Shown here piece by piece: positions 19,833 through 30,853 of a DNA stretch of 64,000 bases. The stretch is from NCBI RefSeq assembly GCF_049554935.1, contig NZ_CP186926.1, positions 160,001 to 224,000 of the forward strand. Reading direction: 5' to 3'. The translations under genes and the position numbers were made by a program. How positions within the stretch are numbered: position 1 is the first letter of the stretch; every line of letters begins with the position of its first letter. Under the pieces are notes generated by a model, which saw only the letters and a program-made list of their open reading frames with translations, was not told the origin of the DNA and searched no databases. Source of the DNA: Methanocaldococcus indicus. Its GTDB lineage: Archaea; AGJL01; Methanococci; Methanococcales; Methanocaldococcaceae.

Positions 19833-20798
19833 ATGTTAAGTGTTAATGAAAAGGCATACAATATTGTTAAAGAGATGATAGCAAATAAGGAAGAGTTAAA
19901 TATTGATGTTATAAAGTTGGAAAATGGAGCTACTGTCTTAGATTGTGGAGTTAATGTTCCAGGTAGTTGGGAAGCAGGAAAATTATTTACAAAGATATGT
20001 TTAGGAGGTTTAGCAGAAGTTTCCATATCACCATCTCCTTATGAATCTATTGTATTACCATATGTAAAAGTTAAAACCTCTCACCCTGCTATTTCAACAC
20101 TTGGCTCACAAAAAGCTGGGTGGGTAGTTAAAGTTGGTAAATACTTTGCTATGGGTTCAGGTCCAGCAAGAGCATTAGCTAAGAAACCTAAAAAAACCTA
20201 TGAAGAAATTGGCTATGAAGACAACTATAACAAAGCTGTTTTATGTTTAGAGGCTTCAAAACTACCTAATGAAGAAGTAGCTGAATATGTTGCTAAGGAA
20301 TGTGGTGTAGAAGTTGAAGATGTCTATCTTTTAGTAGCACCAACAGCTTCATTAGTTGGTGCTATACAAATCAGTGGAAGAGTAGTTGAAAATGGAACTT
20401 ATAAGATGTTAGAAGTTTTAGAGTTTGATGTTAAAAAAGTAGTCTATGCTTCTGGATTAGCTCCAATTGCTCCAATTGTTGGAGATGACTTTACAATGAT
20501 GGGAGTAACAAATGATATGGTTCTTTATGGAGGAGTAACTCAATACTATATAAAATCTGATGAAAATGATAACATAGAAAGTTTAGCTAAATCTCTACCA
20601 TCAGTTGCATCAAAAGATTATGGAAAACCATTCTTAGAAGTATTTAAAGCAGCTGATTATGATTTCTATAAAATAGATAAAAGTATGTTTGCTCCAGCTG
20701 TTGTTGTGGTTAATGACATAACAAAAGGAAAAATCTACAAATCTGGAAAAGTTAATGTAGATATTATTAAAAAATCTATTGGCTTAATTGAATTGTAA
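19833..20798 (+). CDS. mch: Methenyltetrahydromethanopterin cyclohydrolase
   Basis: MLSVNE, ICLGGLA, LGSQKAGW, GSGPARAL, QISGRVVE, DFYKID..FAP. Confidence 0.96.
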   Translation: MLSVNEKAYNIVKEMIANKEELNIDVIKLENGATVLDCGVNVPGSWEAGKLFTKICLGGLAEVSISPSPYESIVLPYVKVKTSHPAISTLGSQKAGWVVKVGKYFAMGSGPARALAKKPKKTYEEIGYEDNYNKAVLCLEASKLPNEEVAEYVAKECGVEVEDVYLLVAPTASLVGAIQISGRVVENGTYKMLEVLEFDVKKVVYASGLAPIAPIVGDDFTMMGVTNDMVLYGGVTQYYIKSDENDNIESLAKSLPSVASKDYGKPFLEVFKAADYDFYKIDKSMFAPAVVVVNDITKGKIYKSGKVNVDIIKKSIGLIEL

Positions 20799-20890
20799 AT
20801 TCTAAAATAATATTCTCTATTTTTTGAAAATAATCATTATTGTCTTATATTAACTAAAAAATCTTTTAAAATTTTTTTTATTTCTATAAC

Positions 20891-20908
20891 CGAATAGTTT
20901 ATATATAA
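20891..20908 (+). promoter_or_regulatory. BRE/TATA promoter for the polyamine operon
   Basis: CCGAATAG-TTTATATA about 100 nt upstream of pdaD. Confidence 0.55.
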
Positions 20909-21005
20909 CTTTTTTATTATTAGCTAAAAAATTGTAAGTATTGATTACATTATTTTATATAAAATCAATTTAATTCAAAAAATAACAGATAATAGGTGAG
21001 TAATT

Positions 21006-21503
21006 ATGGAAAAAATTGATATCTTTGTGAGGATTCCAAATACAATATCATTAGTGGCAGGAAAAGGAGAAGGAGAGACAGAATTAAATGCTTTTGACAG
21101 AGCTTTGTTAGATGCTGGTGTTGGTAATGTAAATTTAGTTAAAATGAGTAGTATTATGCCTCCAAAAGCTGAATTAGTGGAAATTCCTAAATTACCTATG
21201 GGAGCTTTGGTTCCAATAGCTTATGGATGTATAACCTCCAAAGAACCAGGAGAGTTAATAGCTGCTGCTGTATCTGTTGCATTTCCTAAGGATGAAGAAA
21301 AATGTGGATTAATAATGGAGTTTAGTGGAAAATGTTCAAAAAAAGAAGCAGAAGAAAGAGTTAGAGAAATGGCTAAGATAGGTTTTGAAATGAGAGGATG
21401 GGATATTAAGAAGATTGAGAGTATTGCTATTGAGCATGAAGTTGAAAAAATTGGCTGTGCATTTGCTGGAGCAGTATTATGGTATAAGGAGGTGATAAGA
21501 TGA
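21006..21503 (+). CDS. pdaD: Pyruvoyl-dependent arginine decarboxylase
   Basis: [21 protein letters not shown] (Ser-Ser self-cleavage site). Confidence 0.92.
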   Translation: MEKIDIFVRIPNTISLVAGKGEGETELNAFDRALLDAGVGNVNLVKMSSIMPPKAELVEIPKLPMGALVPIAYGCITSKEPGELIAAAVSVAFPKDEEKCGLIMEFSGKCSKKEAEERVREMAKIGFEMRGWDIKKIESIAIEHEVEKIGCAFAGAVLWYKEVIR

Positions 21504-21871
21504 TAAAATTCTTAGGAAAACACATAATATTAGAGTTATGGGGATGTGAAAGCAAGGCATTAGATGATGAAAAAGGAATAGAGAAGATGTTAATAGATAG
21601 TGTCAATGCTTGTGGAGCTACATTAATATGTACAAAAACACATAAATTTTCACCACAAGGAGTAACAGGAGTAGCTGTATTAGCAGAAAGTCATATATCT
21701 ATACACACATGGCCTGAGTTAGGTTATGCAGCTATGGATATATTCACTTGTGGAGAGCATGTTGAACCAATAAAAGCTGTTCCAATAATAAAAGAGTTCT
21801 TAAAACCAAAGCACATAGAGATATTAGATTTAAAAAGAGGTATAAGAATAGAGGAGGGGGATAAAATTTGA
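21500..21871 (+). CDS. speH: S-adenosylmethionine decarboxylase proenzyme
   Basis: [29 protein letters not shown]. Confidence 0.93.
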   Translation: MIKFLGKHIILELWGCESKALDDEKGIEKMLIDSVNACGATLICTKTHKFSPQGVTGVAVLAESHISIHTWPELGYAAMDIFTCGEHVEPIKAVPIIKEFLKPKHIEILDLKRGIRIEEGDKI

Positions 21872-22719
21872 ATTTTAATTGTTGGTTTACTGAAATACAC
21901 AATAACAATATTTCTTTTTCTGTAAGAGTTAAAAATATCTTATATATTGGTAAATCAAAATATCAAGAAATAGTGGTAATAGATACTTATGACTTTGGTA
22001 GAGCTTTGATATTAGACAACACTTTTCAAACTACTGAAAGGGATGAATTTATTTATCATGAGTTAATTACTCACATCCCTCTCTTCACACATCCAAATCC
22101 AAAGGATGTATTAGTTATTGGAGGAGGAGATGGTGGAACAGTAAGAGAAGTTTTAAAGCATCCAGTTGAAAGAGTTGATTTTGTAGAGTTAGATGAGAAA
22201 GTTATAGAAGTAGCTAAAAAATATCTACCAAAGTTAAGTTGTAAAATAGATGATGAAAAAGTTAATCTAATTATAACAGATGGAATAAAATATGTTGCTG
22301 AAACAGATAAAAAATATGATGTTGTTATTGTAGATTGTCCTGACCCAGTTGGACCAGCTAAGGGCTTGTTTGAAAAAGAATTTTATAAAAATGTATTTAA
22401 ATGTTTAAAAGAAGATGGTTTAATGGTACAACAAACAGAGAGTCCTTTGTATGATTTAGAACTAATAAAAAATATTGCTAAATATCTAAAAGATGCAGGA
22501 TTTAGTATTGTTATGCCTTATTCTTATCCTATGCCTACTTATCCAAGTGGTATGTGGAGCTTTACATTAGCATCTAAAAAATATAACCCTCTTAAAGTAG
22601 ATGAGAACAAAATAAAAGAAAAGTTAAAAAGTATGGAAACTAAATATTATGATGAAGAAGTCCATAAAGGAATATTCTTAGCAACACCAAAGTTTTTAAA
22701 AGATGCAGTTAAGTTTTAA
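21868..22719 (+). CDS. speE: Polyamine aminopropyltransferase
   Basis: SKYQEI, DEFIYHE, IGGGDGG, VDCPDP, PTYPSG. Confidence 0.93.
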   Translation: MNFNCWFTEIHNNNISFSVRVKNILYIGKSKYQEIVVIDTYDFGRALILDNTFQTTERDEFIYHELITHIPLFTHPNPKDVLVIGGGDGGTVREVLKHPVERVDFVELDEKVIEVAKKYLPKLSCKIDDEKVNLIITDGIKYVAETDKKYDVVIVDCPDPVGPAKGLFEKEFYKNVFKCLKEDGLMVQQTESPLYDLELIKNIAKYLKDAGFSIVMPYSYPMPTYPSGMWSFTLASKKYNPLKVDENKIKEKLKSMETKYYDEEVHKGIFLATPKFLKDAVKF

Positions 22720-23878
22720 TTTTTAAGATAATATAAGATAAAACAAATGTAAATAATGAAGATATTAAAGTTGCTAAACTTGCTCCAACAATGCCATAAC
22801 TCTTTATCATAATAATATTTAAAAAAATATTTATTATAATTCCAAATAATACAGAGCATAAAGAATATTTAGCAAATCCTAAACCTTGGAGAGCTGAGGA
22901 TACAATTGAAAAATAACTTAAAAAAAGTGAAGATATAGACAAAATTCTTAAAGCTAAAATTCCCTCACTATTTTTTATTTTAAAGAAGAAATATAAGATT
23001 ATATCTGGAAATAGTAAAAAAACTATTATAATTGGTAAGGAAATTATAGTATTATAAATTAAACCTTTTTTTAATAAATCTAAATTTTTAGTTTTGGCTA
23101 TTTTTGGTAATAGAGGAATTGATATTGCACTTGCAACTATAAAGATTCCTCTTGATAATAAAGATGAGTAGCCATAAACTCCACTCCAAAAACTACCTAA
23201 AAATATCATTATAATAATGTTATCAATATCTCCAAACAACCTAAAAGAGGATGAAGTTAAAGCTATTGGTATAGAGTATTTTAAGATATCTAAACAATAT
23301 TTAAAATTTAAGGAATATTCAATAGCATTCCTTACAAAGTTAAAGAAAAATATTCCAACAGTTAAATAGGATAAAGCTATTGACAAAAAAGCTCCAATAA
23401 CACCAATGAATGAAAATATTATTAAAAATAAAACTTTTAAAGAACTCTCTAAAATCCATGATAAAGATAAGTATCCAAACTTAAAAGTTCCTTGTAAAAT
23501 GCCTCTAACAAATGCTATTATTGTAGATAACAATATACAGAGTCCTAACACATAAAAAAGAGAATCACTCAGATTTAAATAATAACCTCCTAAAATATAT
23601 TTTATAGTTATAACTAAAAAAAATCCTATCAATGATAAAATAATCATAACTAACAGTATAGATATATTAACTTTTTTTCCCTCAGCTGTAAATTTTGCAA
23701 TTGATGGAGGAATTCCAGAGGAAAAGAAGATAGTTAATGTGTCAAGTATTGGCATTAATGCTCTAACAATTCCAAAACCTTCTGTATTAAAGAAGAAAGC
23801 AACTAAAAAATAGTATAAATAAGCTAATCCTTTTGTATAAATATTTGAAATTAAAATATATAAATTCTCTTTTTTCAT
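22709..23878 (-). CDS. Polysaccharide flippase / MOP superfamily exporter
   Basis: About 12 hydrophobic helices, LKYSIP, LQGLG, YGIVGASLAT. Confidence 0.75.
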   Translation of the reverse strand: MKKENLYILISNIYTKGLAYLYYFLVAFFFNTEGFGIVRALMPILDTLTIFFSSGIPPSIAKFTAEGKKVNISILLVMIILSLIGFFLVITIKYILGGYYLNLSDSLFYVLGLCILLSTIIAFVRGILQGTFKFGYLSLSWILESSLKVLFLIIFSFIGVIGAFLSIALSYLTVGIFFFNFVRNAIEYSLNFKYCLDILKYSIPIALTSSSFRLFGDIDNIIIMIFLGSFWSGVYGYSSLLSRGIFIVASAISIPLLPKIAKTKNLDLLKKGLIYNTIISLPIIIVFLLFPDIILYFFFKIKNSEGILALRILSISSLFLSYFSIVSSALQGLGFAKYSLCSVLFGIIINIFLNIIMIKSYGIVGASLATLISSLFTFVLSYIILKIKT

Positions 23879-23903
23879 ATCCCTACTCCTAAAAAAATTT
23901 AGA

Positions 23904-26900
23904 TTAATTTATAGATATTATTTCTTTATAGAGTTCATCTAAAACTTTTTGATAATCTTCTTTTCCCTCTTCTATTAAATCCATTTTTTTCTCTAACTCT
24001 CTTGTTCTTTCTTCTGAGATTAAATGATAATAGTTGTTAATTAAATAGTTATATACTTCAATTCCTAACTTAGTTGGAATAAGCTTACCTTTATTTTTAC
24101 TTTTTACTACATAACCTCTATCTAACAATTTTTTAATAATTTGGGCATAAGTAGAAGGTCTTCCTATACCTCTCTCTTTCATTAATTTAACAACTTCCCC
24201 CTCATCATACAGAGGTTTAGATGGAACTTTCTTAATATCTTTTTCTAAAATTTTTAGTTTATCCTTCTCTATCCTTGGAAGTTTTTTTAGATAGATATTG
24301 TAAAATCTTAGCCAACCATCAAACTTAATATCTATATAACCCTCAACTTTCTCATTCAATTCTTTTATATATATTTCTTCATACTCTAAAATTGCTTCCT
24401 TTGTTTGTGATGCTATAAACCTTTTAAATATTAAGTCATAAACTTTTATGTGATTTTTAGTTAGTTTTATATTATTTTCTTTTAAAAATTCTATAAATTC
24501 CTCAGTGTCCATTGGCTTTGTTGGACGAATACATTCATGTGCTCCTTCCATATAATACTCTCTATTTTTAAGATATTCCTCTAAATTTTTAAGTTTTAAA
24601 TATTCTTTTGCAACCTTCATTCCATCTAATGATACTCTTGTTGAAGACGTTCTATGATATGTGCAGTTGTGTGAGATAACACCATTGGATATGAAATTTT
24701 GGTTATTTTCAATGCTTAAATCATAGACATATCCATTATAAGGAATATCTTCCACTTTTTTGACTCTAACAAATGATATGTCCCCATAAACAATCTTTTC
24801 TAAAAATTTCTTATGTTCTGAATTATTTGCATATCTCAGCACTGTTTTTAATTTTTTCCTTGGAATATTATTTGTTTTCTTTTTATACCAATTTTCAATA
24901 TGTATTTTGGTATCTTCTAAGATTTTTTTTCTTCCTTTTTCAAATGTTAATTTCTCAAATATTTCTTTTACTGGTAGTAAATCACATTCAAATCTTTCTT
25001 TATGTTCTTTTTTATATGTCTTATAACAATTTATGAAAATATCTTTTCTAATTCTCAAATATACTGCAATTTTCTCCTTAAATCTCTCTAATGACTTATT
25101 GCTTATTATTAAAGAATAAGCTTCTCTATTTTTATGTATAGTATTTAAGATACCAATTGAGTTTAAGTAAATTCCTATCTTTTCTAAAACATCTTTTCTT
25201 TTTGATGTTAAAGTCATTCTTAAATTATGTTTTTTTACCTTTTTATCATAAAGTAGTGAGAAGCATCCATCTGTATCAAAATATCCAGCAATTAATGCAT
25301 TTATATAACTCTCTGGAAGAGAGAAAATAATACCATTTAGTTTTCCATCTCTCATTCCTAATTTTCTTAAAATTTCAGCAATAATTGGATTTGAGATATT
25401 TACTTGACCACCAGAAATCCAATTATGTAAGAATGGGAATATATCATCCAATATTCTTTTAACATCCTTTAATGGTGTTTGTGAAATCTTAATTTTACTA
25501 TCCTGAATACATCCATCTCCTAACACTAAACCAGCAAAATACCAAAACTTTTCATCTAACTTAAATAATGGGATTTTCTTAGTACCTGCAACACTTTTAT
25601 ATATGTATTTTGCTTCTTTCTCAACATCATTTAAATTGAAATTCCATTCAATTAAATATTTTAATGGAACTCTTCTGTTTCTTAAATATTTATATTTTGT
25701 GCTTGTTTTAATGTTATTTCTGATAAATTCTGCTATTTTTTCAAATATAGTAGAGTTTTCATCAAACTCTATTAATACATTAGTTATATCCAAATATTTT
25801 AAAAGATTTAATAGGGAAATTGGCTTCCTTTCAACTTTATAGTTAAATGGCATTGCAATGTAATCATTTTCTTTAATATCTTTTGCAGGTATCCACCTTA
25901 GTTGAGAATCTCTTAAAACTAATAAGCAGTGGTCTGGAGTTGCTTTTAACTCATAATTATTTGATAGGACAATTTTTCTTAAATTTCCATTATATTTTAA
26001 TTTCCAGAATTTAATAGATGTATCTCTTTTAATTGATAAATCATCCAAATCTAATGATAGAATATTTCTCTCTTTAGCATTGACAATATCCTCAATTGTC
26101 TCAATTCTTCCATCTCCTAATACAACATAAGTATCTGGGGTTAAACATAGCCCTAACTCAAACAAATCTTGGGCAATTCTCATTACTTCATCTACTCCTA
26201 AACCAAATCTTTTAGTTGCTTCCTCCAATAAAGTGTCTGTTGTAAATGGTGGTAATGGTGAGAGTGTTTTTTCATAAATATTTACATCTACACTAACCTC
26301 ATCCAAATTAAAATCATCCTCTACAACTTTTCCAATATATATATCTCCTTCCAATCTTAATGTTAGATAAGGAACTCTCTTTTTGTATTCTTCATATCTC
26401 TCTATAATCCAACCTAATACAGGGGTTTGCACTCTTCCAGCAGAAAGATAGTTCTTATTAAATACTTCCCAAAGTTTTTCACTTAATCTAAAACCTATCC
26501 ATCTATCTTCTATCCTTCTAACAACTTGACTTTTAACTTTATTCTCATCCATATCTAACTTTTCATTATTCTTAAATTGCTCAACAGCTCTTAAAATTGC
26601 TCTCTTAGTTATTTCATTAAATCCTAATCTATAAATATTTCTGTTAAATGGTAGTGAGTTAAGATAGATATCATAACCTATTTTTTCTCCTTCTGTATCT
26701 ATATCTGTAGCTATAAATATTGCATCAACTTCATCAGCTATCTCCCTTATAACTTCAATATTGTCCTTACTATCCATAAAATTGATTTTTTCCCCTTTCT
26801 CTAAAAGAGATTTTATTATTTCATCTACATTTTTTTGGTCTGTAAATTGCTCTCCATTTATCTTTTTAATTGAGCAATAAATTGGAATATATATATTGTT

Positions 26901-28739
26901 AATTTTTACTCCATAAAATCCTTCTCTTGTTACTAAATCAAAGACATGTCCTCCACTTGCAGTAATTAGTAAATTTAAATCTCCAATACAAATTTCATAT
27001 ATATTTCTATTATTAATTTTTCTTACAGATGGCTTACCAAAGAAGTTTGCAATAGTTCTTGCTTTATTAGGACTTTCAACAACCATTAATACAGATTTTA
27101 ATAAATCTGGGACTTTACCTATTTTTCTTCCTTCTTTCAATTTTTTTCTGTCTTCATCTATCTTTTTTAAAAGTTCTTCTATATTTATTTCTTCCAATCT
27201 TTTAAATTCACTTTCATACATAAATAGCATATATTTTTTTAAATGTTCAAAAATTTCATTGTCATCAACTAATACAATACTTGCTCCTTTTGTTAGACCA
27301 AACTCTGTCATCCTTGAAGTTCTTCCAGATGCTTGGATATATGTTTTAATATCAGGAATCAAAATATATATATCTCCTTCAATTTCTCTCAATGAAAATC
27401 TTTTTAATCCAACTTTTTTCTCTAAAATCTCTCTAATTTCATCTAAGCTCTTACCTTCTATTTCAATATCTTCTTTTAATTTACCCTTTTCTTTTAAGCT
27501 TTCTAAGTATTCCTTAACTCTCATCTTAAATTTTGGAATTCCATAAAATATGGCATATCTTACTCTTTCAGGGATATCTAAACCTCTAACTAAGACACCA
27601 TAATATGAGGCAACTCCTACTAAGATATCAATCTTTCCATCTTTAAAATCATCAAATCCTTTTTTATCTTTTGAATGTATTAATTTAGCATTTATCCCTT
27701 CTTTTATTAAGAGTTCTTCTATTTCCTTAGCTTTTTCAACACCATAATCTAAGGATACAAAAACTAATCCACCTGAGCCAAACTTTTTTATAATCTCTAA
27801 AATCTTGTTTTCATCAAAGTCAGTATATAAATCTTCAACATCTCTTAACTTATTCATTCCAAAACCAACTTCAAAATCTAACAACTCCCTATATAGTTTA
27901 ACTCTATCTCCATAACTTTTTCCAGTTGCAGAAGCAACAACTAAACAACCATGATTTATATTTTTTATTTTTTCTTTTAGTTTTTCTCTTAATTCCATAG
28001 CATTCTCTAACTTACCTTTTCTAATTAGATAAATTATCTTATAAGCTTCATTTATAATCTCTTCACTAAATCCTAAAAGTTTTAAAGTTCTATCTATATT
28101 TTTAGATGCTTTTAAAAGAGCATCAACATCATCAACAAAGATAAAGTCAAATTTAGTATTTAACTCATGCTTAGCTAAAAAGTTGGATGTTGTAATTAAT
28201 ATATCAAATTCATTATTCTCTATACACTCCTTAACTTCTTTTTTCTCTTTATTTTTTAATTCAGAGTGGTATGCCATAACTTTAATATTTAAATTTCCTT
28301 TTTCAATTAAAGATAAAGCTCTTTCATAAGTTTGTTTTACTAAGAGTGTTGTTGGCAAAATAATATAGCACTTTTTTCCTTTTTTAGATAGATATAGGGA
28401 CATTAAGAGTCCAAAGAAACTCTTACCTACTCCTGTTGGAGCTACAATAGAGAAACTCTTATTTTTTAAAACTCTCTTAGCCCAAGTTTTTTGGATACTT
28501 AATAACTCAATGTCCAATTTTTTTGCAAATTCTTCAAATTCTTTAAATTCGTTCCAAACTTTGCAGTATGTTCTTAATTCTTTTAATTTATCATTTTCTT
28601 TTAAAATTCTGCACAATTCTAATTTATCTATAATCTTCTCTATATCCAAACAATTATTACAAACTCCTACATTTAACCTATCTGATGTTATCTCATTCTT
28701 ACAGTTTGGGCACATCTCTTTAAATATCATTGGTATCAT
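23904..28739 (-). CDS. rgy: Reverse gyrase, intein-containing precursor
   Basis: N-terminal CPNC Zn finger, APTGVGKS, DDVD, QASGRTSR helicase domain, VESPNKA TOPRIM, SAGRVQTP, catalytic TYHRT, GIGRPSTY. Confidence 0.97.
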   Translation of the reverse strand: MIPMIFKEMCPNCKNEITSDRLNVGVCNNCLDIEKIIDKLELCRILKENDKLKELRTYCKVWNEFKEFEEFAKKLDIELLSIQKTWAKRVLKNKSFSIVAPTGVGKSFFGLLMSLYLSKKGKKCYIILPTTLLVKQTYERALSLIEKGNLNIKVMAYHSELKNKEKKEVKECIENNEFDILITTSNFLAKHELNTKFDFIFVDDVDALLKASKNIDRTLKLLGFSEEIINEAYKIIYLIRKGKLENAMELREKLKEKIKNINHGCLVVASATGKSYGDRVKLYRELLDFEVGFGMNKLRDVEDLYTDFDENKILEIIKKFGSGGLVFVSLDYGVEKAKEIEELLIKEGINAKLIHSKDKKGFDDFKDGKIDILVGVASYYGVLVRGLDIPERVRYAIFYGIPKFKMRVKEYLESLKEKGKLKEDIEIEGKSLDEIREILEKKVGLKRFSLREIEGDIYILIPDIKTYIQASGRTSRMTEFGLTKGASIVLVDDNEIFEHLKKYMLFMYESEFKRLEEINIEELLKKIDEDRKKLKEGRKIGKVPDLLKSVLMVVESPNKARTIANFFGKPSVRKINNRNIYEICIGDLNLLITASGGHVFDLVTREGFYGVKINNIYIPIYCSIKKINGEQFTDQKNVDEIIKSLLEKGEKINFMDSKDNIEVIREIADEVDAIFIATDIDTEGEKIGYDIYLNSLPFNRNIYRLGFNEITKRAILRAVEQFKNNEKLDMDENKVKSQVVRRIEDRWIGFRLSEKLWEVFNKNYLSAGRVQTPVLGWIIERYEEYKKRVPYLTLRLEGDIYIGKVVEDDFNLDEVSVDVNIYEKTLSPLPPFTTDTLLEEATKRFGLGVDEVMRIAQDLFELGLCLTPDTYVVLGDGRIETIEDIVNAKERNILSLDLDDLSIKRDTSIKFWKLKYNGNLRKIVLSNNYELKATPDHCLLVLRDSQLRWIPAKDIKENDYIAMPFNYKVERKPISLLNLLKYLDITNVLIEFDENSTIFEKIAEFIRNNIKTSTKYKYLRNRRVPLKYLIEWNFNLNDVEKEAKYIYKSVAGTKKIPLFKLDEKFWYFAGLVLGDGCIQDSKIKISQTPLKDVKRILDDIFPFLHNWISGGQVNISNPIIAEILRKLGMRDGKLNGIIFSLPESYINALIAGYFDTDGCFSLLYDKKVKKHNLRMTLTSKRKDVLEKIGIYLNSIGILNTIHKNREAYSLIISNKSLERFKEKIAVYLRIRKDIFINCYKTYKKEHKERFECDLLPVKEIFEKLTFEKGRKKILEDTKIHIENWYKKKTNNIPRKKLKTVLRYANNSEHKKFLEKIVYGDISFVRVKKVEDIPYNGYVYDLSIENNQNFISNGVISHNCTYHRTSSTRVSLDGMKVAKEYLKLKNLEEYLKNREYYMEGAHECIRPTKPMDTEEFIEFLKENNIKLTKNHIKVYDLIFKRFIASQTKEAILEYEEIYIKELNEKVEGYIDIKFDGWLRFYNIYLKKLPRIEKDKLKILEKDIKKVPSKPLYDEGEVVKLMKERGIGRPSTYAQIIKKLLDRGYVVKSKNKGKLIPTKLGIEVYNYLINNYYHLISEERTRELEKKMDLIEEGKEDYQKVLDELYKEIISIN
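24666..26147 (-). mobile_element. Intein with LAGLIDADG homing endonuclease (494 aa)
   Basis: N-junction ELGL/CLTPDT, block B ATPDH, FAGLVLGDG and LIAGYFDTDG motifs, VYDLS...ISHN/CTYHRT C-junction. Confidence 0.95.
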
Positions 28740-28981
28740 AGTTACTCACTCATTAAATTTTTGAATGTATTTTTATTATCCATTATCCATAAAGATTTTT
28801 AAATTTAAAAATTATGCTCTCATCAACATATATGTTTTAAAATTAAGTTGTAGATATAGACAATTAAACTATTAAATTCTTAGAAAATTTAAAATCTTAC
28901 TATGACTATTTATTATATATTTCTTTGTTTGAACAAGATGTATTAAAATACTTTGTTAAAAATATAAATTGGTGAAGGTAT

Positions 28982-29761
28982 TTGAAAAAAAGGAACATAA
29001 CTGAACTACAAATTTTAGCTGAAATTTTAAGAAAACAGCCTCATATAAAACAGAAAGAAATAGCTGAAAATTTAGGAATAACTGTTCAAGCTGTTTCAGA
29101 GCATATTAGGAATTTAGTTAAAGAAGGATATATTACTGCAAAAGGTAGAGGAGAGTATGTAATAACTGAGAAAGGAATTAAAAAATTAAAAGATTGGATG
29201 TCTGAATTTAAGAAATATTTAGAAGAGATATCAGCAGCCATATATAGATATAAAGATGTTTGGCCAGCAATTGCAGAAGAAGATGTTAAAGAAGGAGATG
29301 AAGTATATCTCTATATGTATAGAGGAAATATATATGCCTCAAAAAATAAAAAAACAAGTGCAAAAGGAACTGTTTTAGTTGGTGGCAAAAAAGGAGAAGA
29401 TATAGCTTTACATAATTTATCTGGAATAATTCCAATTGACAGGGATGTTAAAGTTTATATCTTTAAAGTTCCACCAGAAATATTTGGAGGTTCTAAGAAA
29501 GTAGATTATGATTTAATTAAAGAGAATATCAAAAATTTAGATAACTATGTTGTTGCTACAATGGGAACTGTTGGATATGTTGTTGCTAATAAACTCAATT
29601 TAACACCTGAGATTAGATTTGCAGTTGGAGATGGAATAATTAAAGCAATTGAAAGAGGTACAAATGTTATTCTATTTGTTACTGGAAAGATGTCTGAAAA
29701 GATTATTAAAAAATTAGAAAAACATAAAATATCATATCAAATTACTGATGTTCAAAGGTGA
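28982..29761 (+). CDS. Winged-HTH transcriptional regulator (archaeal COG1497-like)
   Basis: QKEIAENLGITVQAVSEHIRNLVKEG HTH followed by GRGEYVITEKG wing. Confidence 0.8.
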   Translation: MKKRNITELQILAEILRKQPHIKQKEIAENLGITVQAVSEHIRNLVKEGYITAKGRGEYVITEKGIKKLKDWMSEFKKYLEEISAAIYRYKDVWPAIAEEDVKEGDEVYLYMYRGNIYASKNKKTSAKGTVLVGGKKGEDIALHNLSGIIPIDRDVKVYIFKVPPEIFGGSKKVDYDLIKENIKNLDNYVVATMGTVGYVVANKLNLTPEIRFAVGDGIIKAIERGTNVILFVTGKMSEKIIKKLEKHKISYQITDVQR

Positions 29762-29764
29762 GTA

Positions 29765-30853
29765 TTGTTGTTAATTGCTCACTTGTCAGATACTCATTTA
29801 GGATATAGGCAGTATAAATTAGATGAAAGAGAAGAGGACATTTACAACTCTTTTAAAGAATGTATTAATAAAATTATTGAAATTAAGCCAGATATTGTTA
29901 TCCATTGTGGAGATTTGTTCCATAGCACAAAACCACCAATTAGAGCTTTGAGGTTGGCTATATCAGCTTTTAGAAAATTAAAAGAACTAAATATTAAAAC
30001 TTATATAATTCCTGGAAACCATGAAATTCCTGGAAGGAGAAAGGTAGAGAGTCCTCTATCATTAATTAAAGATTATGTAAAAATATTGGATGGGAACTAT
30101 GATGTTATTAATGAATTATTTATATGTGGATGCAAATATACAAGAGATTATAATAGACAGGAATTATTAGATAAAATTAACTATCTGGATTGTTTAGCAA
30201 AAGAATATAAAAAATCCATAATAATGTTACATCAAGGGGTTTATCCATATATACAGGACTATGAATTATATAAAGAGAACTTGCCAAGAAATATAAAATA
30301 TATAGCTCTTGGACATCTCCATAATAGAATTTTAGAAAACTTGGATAATGATAGGTTATTAGCTGTCTCTGGCTCAACTGAGATAATTGATAGGAGAGAG
30401 TATGAAGATTACTTAAAAAATGGTAAAGGATTTTATTTATTTGATTATAGCAAAGATTTAGACAAAAATGATATTGAAAGAATAAATATAAAATGTAGAG
30501 ATTTTGTTGAAGTAAATATTGAAAATTTAGATGATATTGAAAGTTATATAAATAAAATAAAATCTTTAAATAAACCTATTGTCTTTGGAAAAGTAAGATT
30601 AGATTTAAGAAGTATATTTGAGAGGAAAATAAAAGGACTTGTATTGGCCAATAGAGTAAGATACTATGAAGATATTAAGGATATTGAAGTAGAAAGTAGA
30701 GAGAGTATAGATACAAAAAAACTATTGTATGAGTTTTGTGAAAAAAATAAAGTTGATGGTGAATTTGCCTATAAAATATACAAACTTGTCTCTGAGAATA
30801 ACTTAGATGAATTAAAGAACTTTATTAATGAATATTATAAATCTAAGTTTTAA
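29765..30853 (+). CDS. mre11: DNA double-strand break repair nuclease Mre11
   Basis: SDTHLG.RQY, GDLFH, GNHE, LHQG, ALGHLH, SGSTE, KGFYL. Confidence 0.85.
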   Translation: MLLIAHLSDTHLGYRQYKLDEREEDIYNSFKECINKIIEIKPDIVIHCGDLFHSTKPPIRALRLAISAFRKLKELNIKTYIIPGNHEIPGRRKVESPLSLIKDYVKILDGNYDVINELFICGCKYTRDYNRQELLDKINYLDCLAKEYKKSIIMLHQGVYPYIQDYELYKENLPRNIKYIALGHLHNRILENLDNDRLLAVSGSTEIIDRREYEDYLKNGKGFYLFDYSKDLDKNDIERINIKCRDFVEVNIENLDDIESYINKIKSLNKPIVFGKVRLDLRSIFERKIKGLVLANRVRYYEDIKDIEVESRESIDTKKLLYEFCEKNKVDGEFAYKIYKLVSENNLDELKNFINEYYKSKF

